DNA of 63,836 bases, the filler included, from Octopus bimaculoides (Eukaryota), in the NCBI RefSeq assembly GCF_001194135.2. It is 6 parts of 5 records of this genome, joined end to end, with 100 filler letters (N's around TTAATTAATTAA, not from the genome) between each part and the next. Parts side by side here need not be neighbours in the genome. Positions count along the whole stretch, not along the records: positions 60,670 to 63,836 come from NC_069008.1; 5 more parts are not named here. One strand, given 5' to 3'. The position numbers and the translations under genes were made by a program. Shown here piece after piece: positions 62,107-63,836 of this stretch (position 1 is the first letter of the stretch; every line of letters starts with the position of its first letter). The notes below the pieces were generated by a model. That model ran no database searches, was not told the origin of the DNA, and saw only the letters and a list, made by a program, of their open reading frames with translations.

Positions 62107-63836
62107 TTACATTCAGTAAAAATAAAATCTAAAAGAAACTGCAATCGATTTTGAAGATTGGTTACCTCGTGCTTAGAATATAAACAATGAAAATAACACC
62201 AGAAAAGAAAAGTTTAGCCTCATTCTGAATCAAACGTACCCTGTTTATTGGAAATAAACTTAGCAATGTGACAAAATGCAGCTACAAGGAAAGAAACTCA
62301 TGTGGACAACAGTGCAGAGAAGGTTTAAAATTCATCCTACAAGATAAATATACATGACNNNNNNNNNNNNNNNNNNNNNNNNNNNNNNNNNNNNNNNNNN
62401 NNNNNNNNNNNNNNNNNNNNNNNNNNNNNNNNNNNNNNNNNNNNNNNNNNNNNNNNNNNNNNNNNNNNNNNNNNNNNNNNNNNNNNNNNNNNNNNNNNNN
62501 NNNNNNNNNNNNNNNNNNNNNNNNNNNNNNNNNNNNNNNNNNNNNNNNNNNNNNNNNNNNNNNNNNNNNNNNNNNNNNNNNNNNNNNNNNNNNNNNNNNN
62601 NNNNNNNNNNNNNNNNNNNNNNNNNNNNNNNNNNNNNNNNNNNNNNNNNNNNNNNNNNNNNNNNNNNNNNNNNNNNNNNNNNNNNNNNNNNNNNNNNNNN
62701 NNNNNNNNNNNNNNNNNNNNNNNNNNNNNNNNNNNNNNNNNNNNNNNNNNNNNNNNNNNNNNNNNNNNNNNNNNNNNNNNNNNNNNNTGATTATGCTTTG
62801 GCACAGGAAAAATGATATGACTGATAACAATATTTCATATTTTCTGTATCTATATATACAATAAAAGATGATATCATTGAACAGTTGTTATGTCGTAAAT
62901 AAATATACAAAATGAAAAAAGAAAATACTTCAGTGTTGTTTTCACTTCTGCTTCTTGTCTCTACTCTCTTTCACACTCTCATAAACTTACCTATCCACCC
63001 ATCCATCCTCAATTCTTTGCCCATAGTCACTCTCGATCTAATGTAACTTAACAGTTTGGTATAAGAGGCCAAAAATACAAGTACCCGGCATAAAAACAAA
63101 AGTAGTGGTGTCGATTTGTTCAATTGAAATTTTTCAATGCGGTGGCCACATTCTGATGCCTGTAAAAGATTGTAGGCAACGCTATTTGAAGTATGTTCGC
63201 AAAATACTTGTTGGGAGTCGACAACAGTTATCTCTCCTGTCAAACATTCTAGATCATGTGAAACAAACGTGAACATTGTGATTCCAGCCTCACCCACTCA
63301 GTGTTTGAAATTCAAATGTAATGTTTCAATTTACTGCCAATGAGGACCACCCACTGCTAAACAGAAAGAATATTAAATTTATTTTGAAGATGTACGTGTA
63401 TGAGCATCATCAGTTTACATGGCACATGTATGGGAATATCTGAAAAATCATGTAGAAACTGCCAGAAAAAAAAAAAAGATGAACCAATCATTTTTCTTTG
63501 CAAACCATTTATTTTATAAACCATAACTTTGTAAAATGGTTATTTACAACACAACAAAAGTAAATCACAACATTTAAAAGTTACTAAAAATGTAGACAAA
63601 ATACACTGGTCGGTATACACTGTAAAACTAAGATATTTGTTCAGTTGGTGTTAAGGTCACATATACAGATGTGACTGTTTTTGACTAAGTTCAACAATCA
63701 TTTGTATCTGCACATTAAGACTGGTAAATAAGGAATAATGGTATTCATTTTGGGGTTTGATTTTATAACTTGAAATTTGGGAGATTTGTTAAAAATGAAT
63801 ATATTTAGAAAGTGCAGAAATAGGGAATTCATTAAA

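Overview
This is repeat-dense animal genomic DNA, most likely an octopus draft assembly. That assignment is an inference from the TGEKP-linked C2H2 array, the SINE families and the extreme microsatellite load. About 6 kb is N gaps, and five 100-bp gaps carry an artificial TTAATTAATTAA linker. Almost every ORF in the supplied track is a microsatellite read-through. Two host coding signals are well supported. The first is a pair of minus-strand exons (54180-54271 and 51699-51882) with canonical, phase-compatible splice sites; spliced together they give one 12-cysteine Ly6/uPAR (three-finger-like) domain ending CC-x4-CN, which the ORF track misses. The second is a C2H2 zinc-finger array at 60671-61051. 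Weaker candidate exons lie elsewhere. Mobile DNA includes mariner (DD34D), maT-like (DD37D), Tc1, pogo-like, piggyBac-like and Helentron-type elements; R4/Dong, RTE, Tx1 and CRE non-LTR fragments; two Penelope-like elements; and several modular tRNA-derived SINE families. Notable non-coding structures are a U6 pseudogene fused to a SINE 5' end, a tRNA-headed element carrying a minimal Penelope-type hammerhead ribozyme, a fully palindromic mariner derivative, and a CpG-depleted block at about 33.7-48.6 kb. No database searches were run. Family names come from recalled protein and nucleotide motifs, and SINE family labels A-E are my own.
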